In this document: positions 28,963 through 37,864 of the stretch, piece by piece
How positions within the stretch are numbered: position 1 is the stretch's first letter
Layout of the letters: each line of letters starts with the position of its first letter
From: Spirochaetales bacterium
Lineage (GTDB): Bacteria; Spirochaetota; Spirochaetia; SZUA-6; JAFGRV01
Assembly: GCA_016930085.1 (NCBI GenBank)
Contig: JAFGHO010000081.1
Span: 1 to 48,470 of the forward strand
DNA length: 48,470 nt
Direction: 5' to 3'
Translations under genes and position numbers: made by a program
The notes under the pieces: model-generated
The model's database searches: none
The model's input: only the letters and a program-made list of their open reading frames with translations
What the model was told of the DNA's origin: nothing

Positions 28963-29616
28963 ATGATAATGAACGCGGATATTTCAAAGACACGATTGCT
29001 TTTTATCAGACACGCGGAACGCTACAATGTTGAGCGGCTCGAAACGCAACATGAAGCCCTGTTGACGGAACAGGGGAAAGAGGACGCGTACCGGTTGGGA
29101 ACAGTGATCGGGAAATGCCATGAAAAAGCGATCGTGTTTCACAGCCCCATCAAACGTTGTATCCAGACGGCGGAGTATATCAGCCGGGGGATCGGCGCCG
29201 GCGGTCATTGCACGATCGGCGGGACGGTATCCCTTCTGGGGGGCGATACAATTGCCAGAAATCCTGAAGCGGTCTCGGATTATTTCACACGATACGGCAA
29301 CATCGCCCTCATAAAAAGGTGGTTCGACGGGGGGTTCGGCGATGATATCATCATTCCCCATGGGGATCTGGCCCGTAAGGAAATGAAGCTGATCGCCGGA
29401 CAAATGTCGGCACACACCGGGTTGATCATCGATGTCACCCATGACTGGATCATCATGGTAATGCTGAAGTATTATCTCGAGTTGGGCCCGGAGGTGACGG
29501 GAATACCGGAATATCTCGACGGGATTGCGGTGGTCGATGAGGGGTCCGCATTGTCGCTGCATTATGGAGAATATATGGTACGTATCGATAAAGGGGATGC
29601 GGGAATGAAATTGTAA
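28963..29616 (+). CDS. Histidine phosphatase superfamily protein (phosphoglycerate-mutase-like).
   Basis: LLFIRHAER is the RHG/RHA catalytic motif. Downstream His is present. Confidence 0.65.
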   Translation: MIMNADISKTRLLFIRHAERYNVERLETQHEALLTEQGKEDAYRLGTVIGKCHEKAIVFHSPIKRCIQTAEYISRGIGAGGHCTIGGTVSLLGGDTIARNPEAVSDYFTRYGNIALIKRWFDGGFGDDIIIPHGDLARKEMKLIAGQMSAHTGLIIDVTHDWIIMVMLKYYLELGPEVTGIPEYLDGIAVVDEGSALSLHYGEYMVRIDKGDAGMKL

Positions 29617-29712
29617 TATCGAAAGACCCCGGGTTGTATTTTCATTGATGGTCATGCTTTTTTTACTCGGCATAGATTGTAAAAAGCCGCCCGTAAAACA
29701 GGCGGCTTTCTT

Positions 29713-31161
29713 CTATTTGAGGGTAAAGGATTCGAAATCGGGGTACCCTTCCATACCGTGCTCGGAAATATCGAGACCGCGTAATTCCTCTTCCCGGCTG
29801 ACACGGATGCCGATCGTCGATTTGACGATTATCCACAGTACCCAGCTGATTATGAACGTAAACGCCCCCACGGAGACGATACCGACCAGCTGATCCGCCA
29901 GCGGAGAGATTCCTCCACCGAAAAAAAGACCGACCGGCGGTTGTCCCTCGCCTCCGGCGTACGGCGGTGAGGCAAAGAGGGCGACCGCGATGGTTCCCCA
30001 GATACCATTGACAAGGTGTACCGAGGTGGCTCCGACCGGATCGTCGATTCCCCACCGGTCGAATCCGATGACAAAAAGAACGACGAGAATTCCGCCGATA
30101 AATCCGATAAGCAGAGCAGAGGCCGGACTCACGTATGCGCAGGGGGCGGTGATAGCCACGAGGCCCGCGAGGGACCCGTTGAGGATCATCGAGAGATCCG
30201 GTTTGCCGATGGCGATCCATGAGGTGATGGTCGCGGCGATGGTTCCGGACGCGGCCGCCAGTGTTGTCGTGACCGCGATTCTCGCAATGTCTTCCGGAAC
30301 GGCCGCCATGGTCGAACCGGGATTGAACCCGAACCAGCCGAACCAGAGGACGAAAACACCGAGAGTCGCCAGCGTCATGCTGTGGCCGGGAATGGGATTG
30401 ACGCTTTGATCAGGATTGTATTTCCCGATCCGCGGCCCCAGAACCAACGCTCCGGCGAGCGCCGCCCAACCGCCGACAGAGTGAACGACCGTCGAACCGG
30501 CGAAATCCCAGAACCCGCGCTCCTGCAGCCAGCCGCCGCCCCATATCCAGTGGCCTGTGATCGGATACATGATGCCGACGAGGATAAAGGAAAAAATGAT
30601 GAAGGCCCCGAATTTGATCCTTCCGCCGACGCTTCCGGAAACGATCGTCGCGGCGGTCGCCGCGAAGACAAGCTGAAAGAAAAACTTCGCGATGAGCGGC
30701 ACTCCCGCCCAACTCAGCGCGCCGTAAACGCCGCCGTATGCATCGCCGGTAAGCGGGCTGTTATCCTGTCCGCCGAGCATGAGAATTCCCTTGAATCCGA
30801 GGAACCCGTTCCCGTCACCGAACATGAGGCCCCAACCGATGAACCAGAAAGCGATCGAGGCGATCGCGAACACGACAAAGTTTTTTGCGGAGATGTTGAC
30901 GGAGTTCTTGGCCTGCTGTAACCCCGCTTCCACCATGCCGAAACCGAGATTCATGAAGAATACAAGCGCAGCTGCGATGATGACCCAGACGGTATCGGCG
31001 GCCACACGGCTTTCTAAGATTTGTTTTCCGAGCGATTCGATTTTTGCCGTCAGTGCCGATATTTCAGTGGTATCAGTCCCGCCGTCATCTTCGGCTGCTG
31101 CCGTCATTGCCGCGAGGAAGAAAAACAGGATGACCGCTACCGTTTTTTTCACATATTTCAT
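29713..31161 (-). CDS. amt: Ammonium transporter (Amt/MEP family).
   Basis: FDFAGSTVVHSVGGWAALAGALVLGPRIGKY and other Amt signatures. Start trimmed to Met 31161 with a GGAGGA RBS and signal peptide MKYVKKTVAVILFFFLAAMTAAA. Confidence 0.85.
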   Translation of the reverse strand: MKYVKKTVAVILFFFLAAMTAAAEDDGGTDTTEISALTAKIESLGKQILESRVAADTVWVIIAAALVFFMNLGFGMVEAGLQQAKNSVNISAKNFVVFAIASIAFWFIGWGLMFGDGNGFLGFKGILMLGGQDNSPLTGDAYGGVYGALSWAGVPLIAKFFFQLVFAATAATIVSGSVGGRIKFGAFIIFSFILVGIMYPITGHWIWGGGWLQERGFWDFAGSTVVHSVGGWAALAGALVLGPRIGKYNPDQSVNPIPGHSMTLATLGVFVLWFGWFGFNPGSTMAAVPEDIARIAVTTTLAAASGTIAATITSWIAIGKPDLSMILNGSLAGLVAITAPCAYVSPASALLIGFIGGILVVLFVIGFDRWGIDDPVGATSVHLVNGIWGTIAVALFASPPYAGGEGQPPVGLFFGGGISPLADQLVGIVSVGAFTFIISWVLWIIVKSTIGIRVSREEELRGLDISEHGMEGYPDFESFTLK

Positions 31162-31177
31162 GATAGATCCTCCGTTT

Positions 31178-32647
31178 CTATATCTCATAATAGAGTGAAT
31201 ACTCCCAGGGATGCGGGCGCAGCGCAACCTGGTCGATTTCGTTTTTCCGTTTGTAGGAGATGTAACTCCCGATGAGTGCTTCCGAAAAGACATTGCCTTC
31301 GAGGAGGAAACCGTAATCCTCTTCGAGCCCGTCGATGACTTCTTTCAGACTGCCCGGTGTCGAGCGGATGCCGGCCTTTTCTTCAGGGGTCAACTCATAG
31401 ATGTCGTCATCGATGGGAGGCGGCGGAGTGATTTTATTCAGAATGCCGTCGATGCCGGCCATGATCATCGCGGAGAAGGCGAGGTACGGGTTGCATGAAG
31501 GATCGGGACAACGGAATTCGATACGTTTCGCCTTTTCACTCGCGCTGTACATCGGTATTCGCACCGCAGCCGAACGGTTCCGTGCCGAATACACGAGGTT
31601 GATCGGGGCTTCATAGCCGGGGACGAGGCGCCTGTACGAATTGGTGATGGGAGCTGCAAAAGCCAGCACCGCCTTTATGTGCGAAAACAGGCCTCCGATG
31701 AAATACTGCGCCGTCTCACTTAAATCGGCGTAATTGCCGAACGAATAGAAGGTGTTTGTTCCTTCTTTCCACAGGCTGATGTGTATGTGCATTCCCGAGC
31801 CATTGTCCATGAATATCGGTTTCGGCATAAAGGTGACCGTCTTGTTGTAGCGATGCGCAACGTTCTTGATGATATACTTGTAATGAAGAAGGGTGTCCGC
31901 CTGATGAACGAGGTCGGACACCTCGAGTCCGATTTCCGTCTGGCCGGCGGTTGCGACCTCGTGATGGTGGAGATTGACCTGGATACCGCAGCTTCGCAAT
32001 ATTTCGACCATTTTCGAACGGAGGTTGTGCAGTTGATCGTGCGGCGAGGTGGGAAAATATCCCTGTTTATAAGGAATCTTGTAGCCGAGATTTTCGGTCT
32101 CCTTGCCCGCATTCCAGTATGCTTCGGATGAATCGACTTCATAGAAGGCCTTGTTGTGCGTTTGATCGTATTTAACCGAATCGAAAATGAAGAACTCCGG
32201 TTCCGGGCCGAAATAGGCGGTATCGGCGATTCCCGTGCTTCTCAAATATTCAATCGTCTTCTGGCCGATAAAGCGGGGATCCTTGGGATACCGTTCGCGT
32301 TTGACCGGGTCGATGATATCGCAGATAAAACTCAATGTCCTGTGGTCGAAAAAAGGATCGATAAAGGCGGTCGAGGGATCGGGCCGCATAAGCATGTCGC
32401 TTTCATTGATTTTCTGAAATCCGCGGATCGAGGAGCCGTCAAAACCGGTTCCCACCGAAAAGAGATCTTCATCCGCCTTGTCCGCGGTCAGCGTATAGTG
32501 CTGGAATCTTCCGAAGAGATCGCTGAATTTGAGATCGAGGAACTCGATATGCTTCTCCTTGATGATCGATAGAATCTCCGATATGGGTATATAATCCTTC
32601 TCCCCGTTCACCGTATATATTTTTTCAAAAATAGCTTCCATCATCAT
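31178..32647 (-). CDS. glnA: Glutamine synthetase (type I-like).
   Basis: KPIFMDNGSGMHIHISLW signature, N-terminal beta-grasp and catalytic domain motifs. Confidence 0.85.
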   Translation of the reverse strand: MMMEAIFEKIYTVNGEKDYIPISEILSIIKEKHIEFLDLKFSDLFGRFQHYTLTADKADEDLFSVGTGFDGSSIRGFQKINESDMLMRPDPSTAFIDPFFDHRTLSFICDIIDPVKRERYPKDPRFIGQKTIEYLRSTGIADTAYFGPEPEFFIFDSVKYDQTHNKAFYEVDSSEAYWNAGKETENLGYKIPYKQGYFPTSPHDQLHNLRSKMVEILRSCGIQVNLHHHEVATAGQTEIGLEVSDLVHQADTLLHYKYIIKNVAHRYNKTVTFMPKPIFMDNGSGMHIHISLWKEGTNTFYSFGNYADLSETAQYFIGGLFSHIKAVLAFAAPITNSYRRLVPGYEAPINLVYSARNRSAAVRIPMYSASEKAKRIEFRCPDPSCNPYLAFSAMIMAGIDGILNKITPPPPIDDDIYELTPEEKAGIRSTPGSLKEVIDGLEEDYGFLLEGNVFSEALIGSYISYKRKNEIDQVALRPHPWEYSLYYEI

Positions 32648-32652
32648 CCTCC

Positions 32653-33930
32653 CTATTCGAGCTCCTTTTTAACCGGCATTCCGCGGCCGTTTCCCAGTAT
32701 CTGTGTGAGGTCGATGCCGGCGACGGTTTTTATCTGTTCCAGAAAAGAGAGGACGCTCGAGGTGACGTCCCCGACATGTTTCGGCAGTCCGCCGTCGCCC
32801 ATGATCACGAGTTTTTCGACCTTGAGGTTGTCCGCGATCACATTGGAAACGCTGTCGACGATATTGGGGAGGATGTGCAGCATGAAAAGTTCCTTGCTCG
32901 CACCCCCGTCCCATTCTTTTTTCATCAGTTTGACGGCATCCGCCATCGCGAGCCCCTGTTCCTTGAGATAGGATGCCTTACCGATCGCTTTCATCTCATC
33001 CGCCTTTTTTTCGGCATTGGCGGGTATGATCACATCGGCATTATATTTTTTTGTATTGACCTCTTCCTTTATTTCCTGGAGCGATTTTTCCTGGCGCAAT
33101 GTTTCGATGTGCCGGGAATATTCCGCCTTCGCCTCGAGCCGGGAAGCCGCCTCGTCCAGTTCCGCTTTTCGCTTTCTGTAAGAAACTTCATATTCTTCCA
33201 TCGCGGATTTGGCCTGGAATTCGATGTCAGAAGCCTTTTTGCGCGATGTCGTTTCGGCGATAACCGCTTCCGCTTCGGATTCGGCCTCCGTGATGCGTGC
33301 GTCCCGCTGCACGAGTGCGTTTCTGCGGCGTCCGACCGCATCGAGGTACCCCTGGGTGTCCTTGAGGTTTTCAATCTTAATGGAATCGAGGGTAAAACCG
33401 AGATTGGTCAGTTCTTCCTTCGTCTTGAGATAAATATCCTGTTCCAGCTCAAGCCTGCGATAATTTGCGTCTTCGGGGGTATAGGTCGCGAGAACGCCAC
33501 GTATCGTTCCTTCGATGGTATGGCGTGCGATCGTTTCGATCTCCGTCTCCGATTTTCCGAGCAGGCGCTCAACGGCATTTTCGAGTCCGGCACCCTCCCT
33601 TGAAGAAATTTTTACATGGGCGATTGCCGTAATGGTGAGGGGAATCATACCATTGCTCAACGCCCGTTCTATCTCGATCGTAATAGGAATGGTCGCGAGT
33701 GAAAGCCGGGAAACGCGTTCGAGAAGCGGGGTTCTGAGTCCGATACCGCCGCGGACGAAACGGTACCCCACGATATCGCCGGTTTTGAGTTTTCTCTTTT
33801 TTCCCGAGAAGACTAAAATCTCGTTTGGTTCGCAGATTTTCAGATTCGCTTTGAGATAGATAAGCAGCGCGGCGACCGCCAGAATTGAAAGTGAAATAAC
33901 GAGAGGCAGATCGATATTGGATAAAAACAT
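32653..33930 (-). CDS. Flotillin-like SPFH/band-7 membrane protein.
   Basis: N-terminal TM helix, SPFH core, long charged coiled-coil (EAESEAEAVIAE...). YqiK/flotillin-like architecture. Confidence 0.7.
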   Translation of the reverse strand: MFLSNIDLPLVISLSILAVAALLIYLKANLKICEPNEILVFSGKKRKLKTGDIVGYRFVRGGIGLRTPLLERVSRLSLATIPITIEIERALSNGMIPLTITAIAHVKISSREGAGLENAVERLLGKSETEIETIARHTIEGTIRGVLATYTPEDANYRRLELEQDIYLKTKEELTNLGFTLDSIKIENLKDTQGYLDAVGRRRNALVQRDARITEAESEAEAVIAETTSRKKASDIEFQAKSAMEEYEVSYRKRKAELDEAASRLEAKAEYSRHIETLRQEKSLQEIKEEVNTKKYNADVIIPANAEKKADEMKAIGKASYLKEQGLAMADAVKLMKKEWDGGASKELFMLHILPNIVDSVSNVIADNLKVEKLVIMGDGGLPKHVGDVTSSVLSFLEQIKTVAGIDLTQILGNGRGMPVKKELE

Positions 33931-33952
33931 TGCTCTCCTCCTTTTTTTTTAT

Positions 33953-34294
33953 TTATCCTATGGCCCGGGAGCCTCGTTCGCCGGTCCTGATTCGAACACA
34001 TTCTTCGATGGGAAGAACGAATATTTTTCCGTCACCGGTCGATCCGGTTTTCGCTCCCCGCATAATCGCCTTTATCGTCGGTTCCGCATAATCATCGTTC
34101 ACCGCTATCTGAAGTTCCACTTTTTTGAGGAGTTTGATTTCGTGTTTCACTCCCCTGTAGGTTTCAGGATATCCCTTCTGCCTGCCCGAACCGATTGACT
34201 GGACAACGGTCATGAGATTGACGGTTGCGTCCGTCAATTCCTTTTTTACATCAGAAAGCTTCTCCGGCCGGATAACGGCAATAATCAGTTTCAT
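33953..34294 (-). CDS. glnB: Nitrogen regulatory protein P-II.
   Basis: MKLIIAVIRPEKLSDVKKEL...IGSGRQKG...RGVKHEIKLLKKVELQIAV...GDGKIFVLPIEECVRIRTGE matches PII including the T-loop region. Start at Met 34294 with a GGAGGAGG RBS. The ORF-track start at 34471 is an over-extension. Confidence 0.85.
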   Translation of the reverse strand: MKLIIAVIRPEKLSDVKKELTDATVNLMTVVQSIGSGRQKGYPETYRGVKHEIKLLKKVELQIAVNDDYAEPTIKAIMRGAKTGSTGDGKIFVLPIEECVRIRTGERGSRAIG

Positions 34295-34376
34295 AATCAA
34301 CCTCCTCCGCCAAATACAATTTCCGGACACCTTAACTGTTACATTTCTCCGGTGATTATTGGCCTTATTCTTATAA

Positions 34377-34393
34377 TGCAAGGAGTGTGCCAA
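34377..34393 (-). promoter_or_regulatory. Sigma-54 (RpoN) -24/-12 promoter TTGGCAC-N5-TTGCAT upstream of glnB.
   Basis: Minus-strand reading acgTTGGCACactccTTGCATtata. GG-to-GC spacing is exactly consensus, about 85 nt upstream of the glnB ATG. Confidence 0.7.
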
Positions 34394-34617
34394 CGTATGG
34401 ATGGCGATAAATATAGGTAATTGCCGGTTGATATAAAGAAATAATAAATTTACAGAAAAGCAGGCATACAAAAATGTATTAAAAATAAATTAAAAATACG
34501 AAGATGTAGGAAGTGGCTGCAAGAAGGTATCTGTGTGGTTGAATATTAAATTCGAAAAGCCGCCTTTCTTTTTTTTCCATAAAAAAGCGGAGTCCCGATA
34601 TTTTGTATTCGTAAAAC

Positions 34618-34646
34618 TTGACACTTATATGCAATTATTTTATAAT
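34618..34646 (+). promoter_or_regulatory. Perfect-consensus sigma-70 promoter (TTGACA-17 nt-TATAAT) immediately upstream of the HD-GYP gene.
   Basis: TTGACActtatatgcaattattTTATAAT. The predicted TSS is about 6 nt before the ATG at 34659, giving a near-leaderless transcript. Confidence 0.6.
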
Positions 34647-34658
34647 CACCTTATAAAA

Positions 34659-35693
34659 ATGGATGATTTTATATCTAGTAAAAAAGAAGATAAGGTTACA
34701 GTAAAAACAATTCTCAATTCACCGGGGGTAAAACTCTGGGCAAAGAGTTTTTTTCAAAATGATGTTCCGTTTTTTATCGTGAACAAAAGCCTGAAGATTA
34801 TATGGGTCAATCCCCGTTTTGCGGCCTTTTTTGGACCTCTCAAGGATTTCTTCGGTATGAGAATCGATAAATTCTATGCCGAATCCTTTCCACGGGAAAA
34901 ATTGCGGGTCCTGTATCAGGATTTAAGCTCCTCGAAACGTTCGTGGCAGGGTAAAGTTGAACGCCGCGGGATGAATATGAGAAGGATAATTTCCAACCTT
35001 ATTCTTTGTCCGCTTTTTAAATCACCGGAAGAAGTACGTGAACCAGTCGCCTATGCGTGTATCCTCGACAATATCGGTGAAGAATATAGAAAAATGCTCA
35101 GGTATACCTTCAAAAGCCTGCTCGAGGCATCCCGGCTGAAAGACAATGCGTCTGACGGGCATAACGAGCGGGTCAACCGGTATGCAAAAATCCTGGCGGA
35201 GAATCTGTTGGGGAAGTCCGGTTTTGAAGAAGTTGATATGACCTATGTCGAGGACATCGGTTATCTCGCCGCGATGCACGATGTGGGAAAGATAGGAACG
35301 CCGGATGATATCCTGAATAAAAGCCAACCGCTCGAAGACTGGGAGTGGAAAATAATCAAGGAGCATACGATCAACGGGGCCTATATTCTCAGCACGTACC
35401 CGAATCTGCTGGCAAAGGAAATCGCGTTATACCATCATGAACGATGGCAGGGGGACGGATATCCGTATGGGCTGAGTCAGGACATGATCCCTCTTTCTGC
35501 GAGAATCGTCGCGGTCGCGGACGTTTATGATGCCCTTCGCATGAAGCGGACGTACAGGGAAGTGGTGACGCACAGAGAGGCTAAAGTGGTGATTTTAAAC
35601 GGTAGGGGAACACAATTCGATCCTGCGATTGTAGATAATTTCCTTGATGTCGAAAAAGAGTTCGACAGGATATACCATGAATTGAAGGATTAA
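34659..35693 (+). CDS. HD-GYP domain c-di-GMP phosphodiesterase family protein.
   Basis: HDVGKIGTPDDIL, HHERWQGDGYPYGL and DVYDAL are HD-GYP hallmarks. Start uncertain (34533, 34629 and 34659 are all in frame); 34659 was chosen because of the promoter position. Confidence 0.75.
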   Translation: MDDFISSKKEDKVTVKTILNSPGVKLWAKSFFQNDVPFFIVNKSLKIIWVNPRFAAFFGPLKDFFGMRIDKFYAESFPREKLRVLYQDLSSSKRSWQGKVERRGMNMRRIISNLILCPLFKSPEEVREPVAYACILDNIGEEYRKMLRYTFKSLLEASRLKDNASDGHNERVNRYAKILAENLLGKSGFEEVDMTYVEDIGYLAAMHDVGKIGTPDDILNKSQPLEDWEWKIIKEHTINGAYILSTYPNLLAKEIALYHHERWQGDGYPYGLSQDMIPLSARIVAVADVYDALRMKRTYREVVTHREAKVVILNGRGTQFDPAIVDNFLDVEKEFDRIYHELKD

Positions 35694-35880
35694 CCCGCCG
35701 TAAACATAACGGTTTCCCCTCAGACTATTGGACCGGACCGGTTCCCGACCCGCACCCCCAGGTATTACCGCACAATACATAACTCTCAATAATCCGGCGG
35801 ACCGGCAGCTTATCTATCGGTCTTTCCCTGTCGATAGAAAAAATAGAACCGTCTCATGGACCTGCATGAAAGGAGTGCGA

Positions 35881-36028
35881 TATGAAAAACAGATTTTCAG
35901 CCATCGATCAGGAAGTCCTTGATAGAATAATTACGGAAAACAGATACAGGACGATCGAGGAACTTGCCTCAATTATTGAAAAAACTGGAGGCAAGGACTT
36001 TCAGGCGAAAAAGGAAACAGGCAAGTAA
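35881..36028 (+). CDS. Small (49 aa) hypothetical protein with an HTH-like segment, not in the ORF track.
   Basis: gaaAGGAGtgcgatATG RBS. MKNRFSAIDQEVLDRIITENRYRTIEELASIIEKTGGKDFQAKKETGK. Confidence 0.35.
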
Positions 36029-36091
36029 CCGTTTACCCGCACGGATGCTGTCTTCCGCCTGCGGTCTGGTTCTTTCGGTAATATAAAGGAC

Positions 36092-37252
36092 CTATGCGCC
36101 CGCTTTCTTTTTTCCGTATCGCAACCGGATAAACAATAACCCGGCTGCCAATCCCGCGGCGATTCCCGCGATATCGATAAACAAATCGATTAGCGACATG
36201 GAGCGTGAAAACGTAAAATATTGAAGTAGTTCCGTTGCAACGGCCAATATGGTGAGAGTGATGATATGAAGCAGAAGGTATTGCCGGCTGTTTTTATACG
36301 AGAACATATCCCTTTTTGTAAATAACAGCAGACTGAGTATAAAAAACAGGAGAAAATGACCGCCATCCTCAATGAACGATTTTAAAAAAGGAGAGGTACT
36401 GATAACCGGGTAATAAAACCGTTTCGGCAGCAGAACGCCTGAAGTAATGAAAAGGCAGATGAGGATTTGTTTCCAGAATAGCCGTGTGTATGTGTGAAAT
36501 TTTATCAGAATAAACATACCGGAAACGAAAACCATTGCGCCGAGGATAATTCTGTAAAGGCCGAAAGAAGGATTGATGCGTGACGGGGTCAATCTCAAGC
36601 TGTCGATAAGCAGACGGCCGGTGACGTTTTCGGTGGTAAGGCGCAGGTGAATTTTTTCCGTTTCGGCGGGGATATAAAAATAGCGGTCGATTCTCTGCCA
36701 AAAGGTGAACCGGTGTTGCAGCGATATGAAGTGCCTGATATTCCAGTTCTTTTTTCCGTTCCCGTCCTCGCAATAAAGCCAGATTCGGGGATATTTTTTC
36801 TCTTCGGGAACCACATCGATCAGCCGGACATCACATGAAAGCTCAAGATATTCCATGGTATTGTTTTTCGGTAGTATCCAGTAGACGAAAGCCGCCTTTG
36901 TCTCCGATCCTTCAAGCATTAAAACCGATTTTTTTTCAGATCCGCTTTCGATAATCCCGGCACCGTTTTTAGAGGTGTCGGGGTCCGGTAAATCGTCACG
37001 GTGAAGGTATGTATGCAGATCTTTCTTTGTTTCAAAGTCGTAATCGAGAATGTGATTTCCATTTGGAATGAATTTGGGAATAAAAAGGCCCGAAGCGGTG
37101 ATGGCGAGTACGACAATTGTCGCGCAGCCGAGAGAAAACACAAGGACATGATGCAGCTTGATTTTTTCAGGCACGGGCGGTAATCCCTTTCTGTCGGGTA
37201 TTGTCGAACGAAGGCGATACACAACAATATCCTCATTCACAGAATTATTCAA
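36092..37252 (-). CDS. Membrane protein with an N-terminal anchor, a periplasmic domain and a C-terminal VanZ-like multi-TM domain.
   Basis: Hydrophobicity pattern. C-terminal ELLQYF...LIDLFIDIAGIAAGLAAGLLF resembles the VanZ-like family. Confidence 0.6.
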   Translation of the reverse strand: MNNSVNEDIVVYRLRSTIPDRKGLPPVPEKIKLHHVLVFSLGCATIVVLAITASGLFIPKFIPNGNHILDYDFETKKDLHTYLHRDDLPDPDTSKNGAGIIESGSEKKSVLMLEGSETKAAFVYWILPKNNTMEYLELSCDVRLIDVVPEEKKYPRIWLYCEDGNGKKNWNIRHFISLQHRFTFWQRIDRYFYIPAETEKIHLRLTTENVTGRLLIDSLRLTPSRINPSFGLYRIILGAMVFVSGMFILIKFHTYTRLFWKQILICLFITSGVLLPKRFYYPVISTSPFLKSFIEDGGHFLLFFILSLLLFTKRDMFSYKNSRQYLLLHIITLTILAVATELLQYFTFSRSMSLIDLFIDIAGIAAGLAAGLLFIRLRYGKKKAGA

Positions 37253-37387
37253 GCGGCAGAAGCCGGCCGGGCGCAGGCAGTGTCTTTACTGGTTCGAAAA
37301 TACAGCCGGATGGGGTGTTCCTCGGCAAAAAATGGCTGTGAGCGATAATATCGGCGAAAATAGCATGTATTTTTTTTATAAAAGTCC

Positions 37388-37416
37388 TTGACACAATTGT
37401 ATTACTGTACTATATT
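37388..37416 (+). promoter_or_regulatory. Sigma-70-like promoter (TTGACA-17 nt-TATATT) for the GntR-led operon. The palindrome CATTGgtaCAATG overlaps the start codon.
   Basis: TTGACAcaattgtattactgtacTATATT, read directly. Confidence 0.5.
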
Positions 37417-37441
37417 ATTATTGTATTAGGACATTGGTACA

Positions 37442-37864
37442 ATGAATAATGACGATCATCATACATTGGAGTTTACCCTTGATCCCAAAAGCGGGGTTCC
37501 GTTCTATAAACAGATTATTCTTCAGATAGAGATGGCGATTGCAGACGGAAGACTCGTCTGCGGAGACCAGCTCCCGACGGTTCGCGGACTTGCGGTGGAT
37601 CTTCAGATCAATCCGAATACGGTCGCGCGTGCGTACAGCGAACTCGAGATTCGGGGGATTATAACGAGTCAACAGGGAAGCGGGTCGTTTATCAGTGATA
37701 AAAAGATCGAACTCAGCGAGATCGAGCGGGAGAAAATACTCGCTGAATTGACACGGACATTCATTACAAAAGCAGCTTCCTACGGGTTCTCCCTTGAAGA
37801 AATCCTTCATTATTTACAGGATTTCGCGAAGGTGGTATCCGAGGAGGAAGGAGAGGGAGTATGA
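37442..37864 (+). CDS. GntR-family (YtrA-like short) transcriptional regulator.
   Basis: Winged HTH LPTVRGLAVDLQINPNTVARAYSELEIRGIITSQQGSGSFI with a short C-terminal tail. Confidence 0.8.
   Translation: MNNDDHHTLEFTLDPKSGVPFYKQIILQIEMAIADGRLVCGDQLPTVRGLAVDLQINPNTVARAYSELEIRGIITSQQGSGSFISDKKIELSEIEREKILAELTRTFITKAASYGFSLEEILHYLQDFAKVVSEEEGEGV

Noticed and set aside
29663-30921. ORFs 29663..30220(-), 29990..30409(+), 30382..30921(+), 30410..30712(-) and others inside amt.
   Set aside because: Alternative frames of the ammonium transporter gene, Arg/Pro-rich.
31211-32572. Plus-strand ORFs 31211..31498, 31781..32131 and 32156..32572 opposite glnA.
   Set aside because: Antisense to a high-confidence glutamine synthetase gene.
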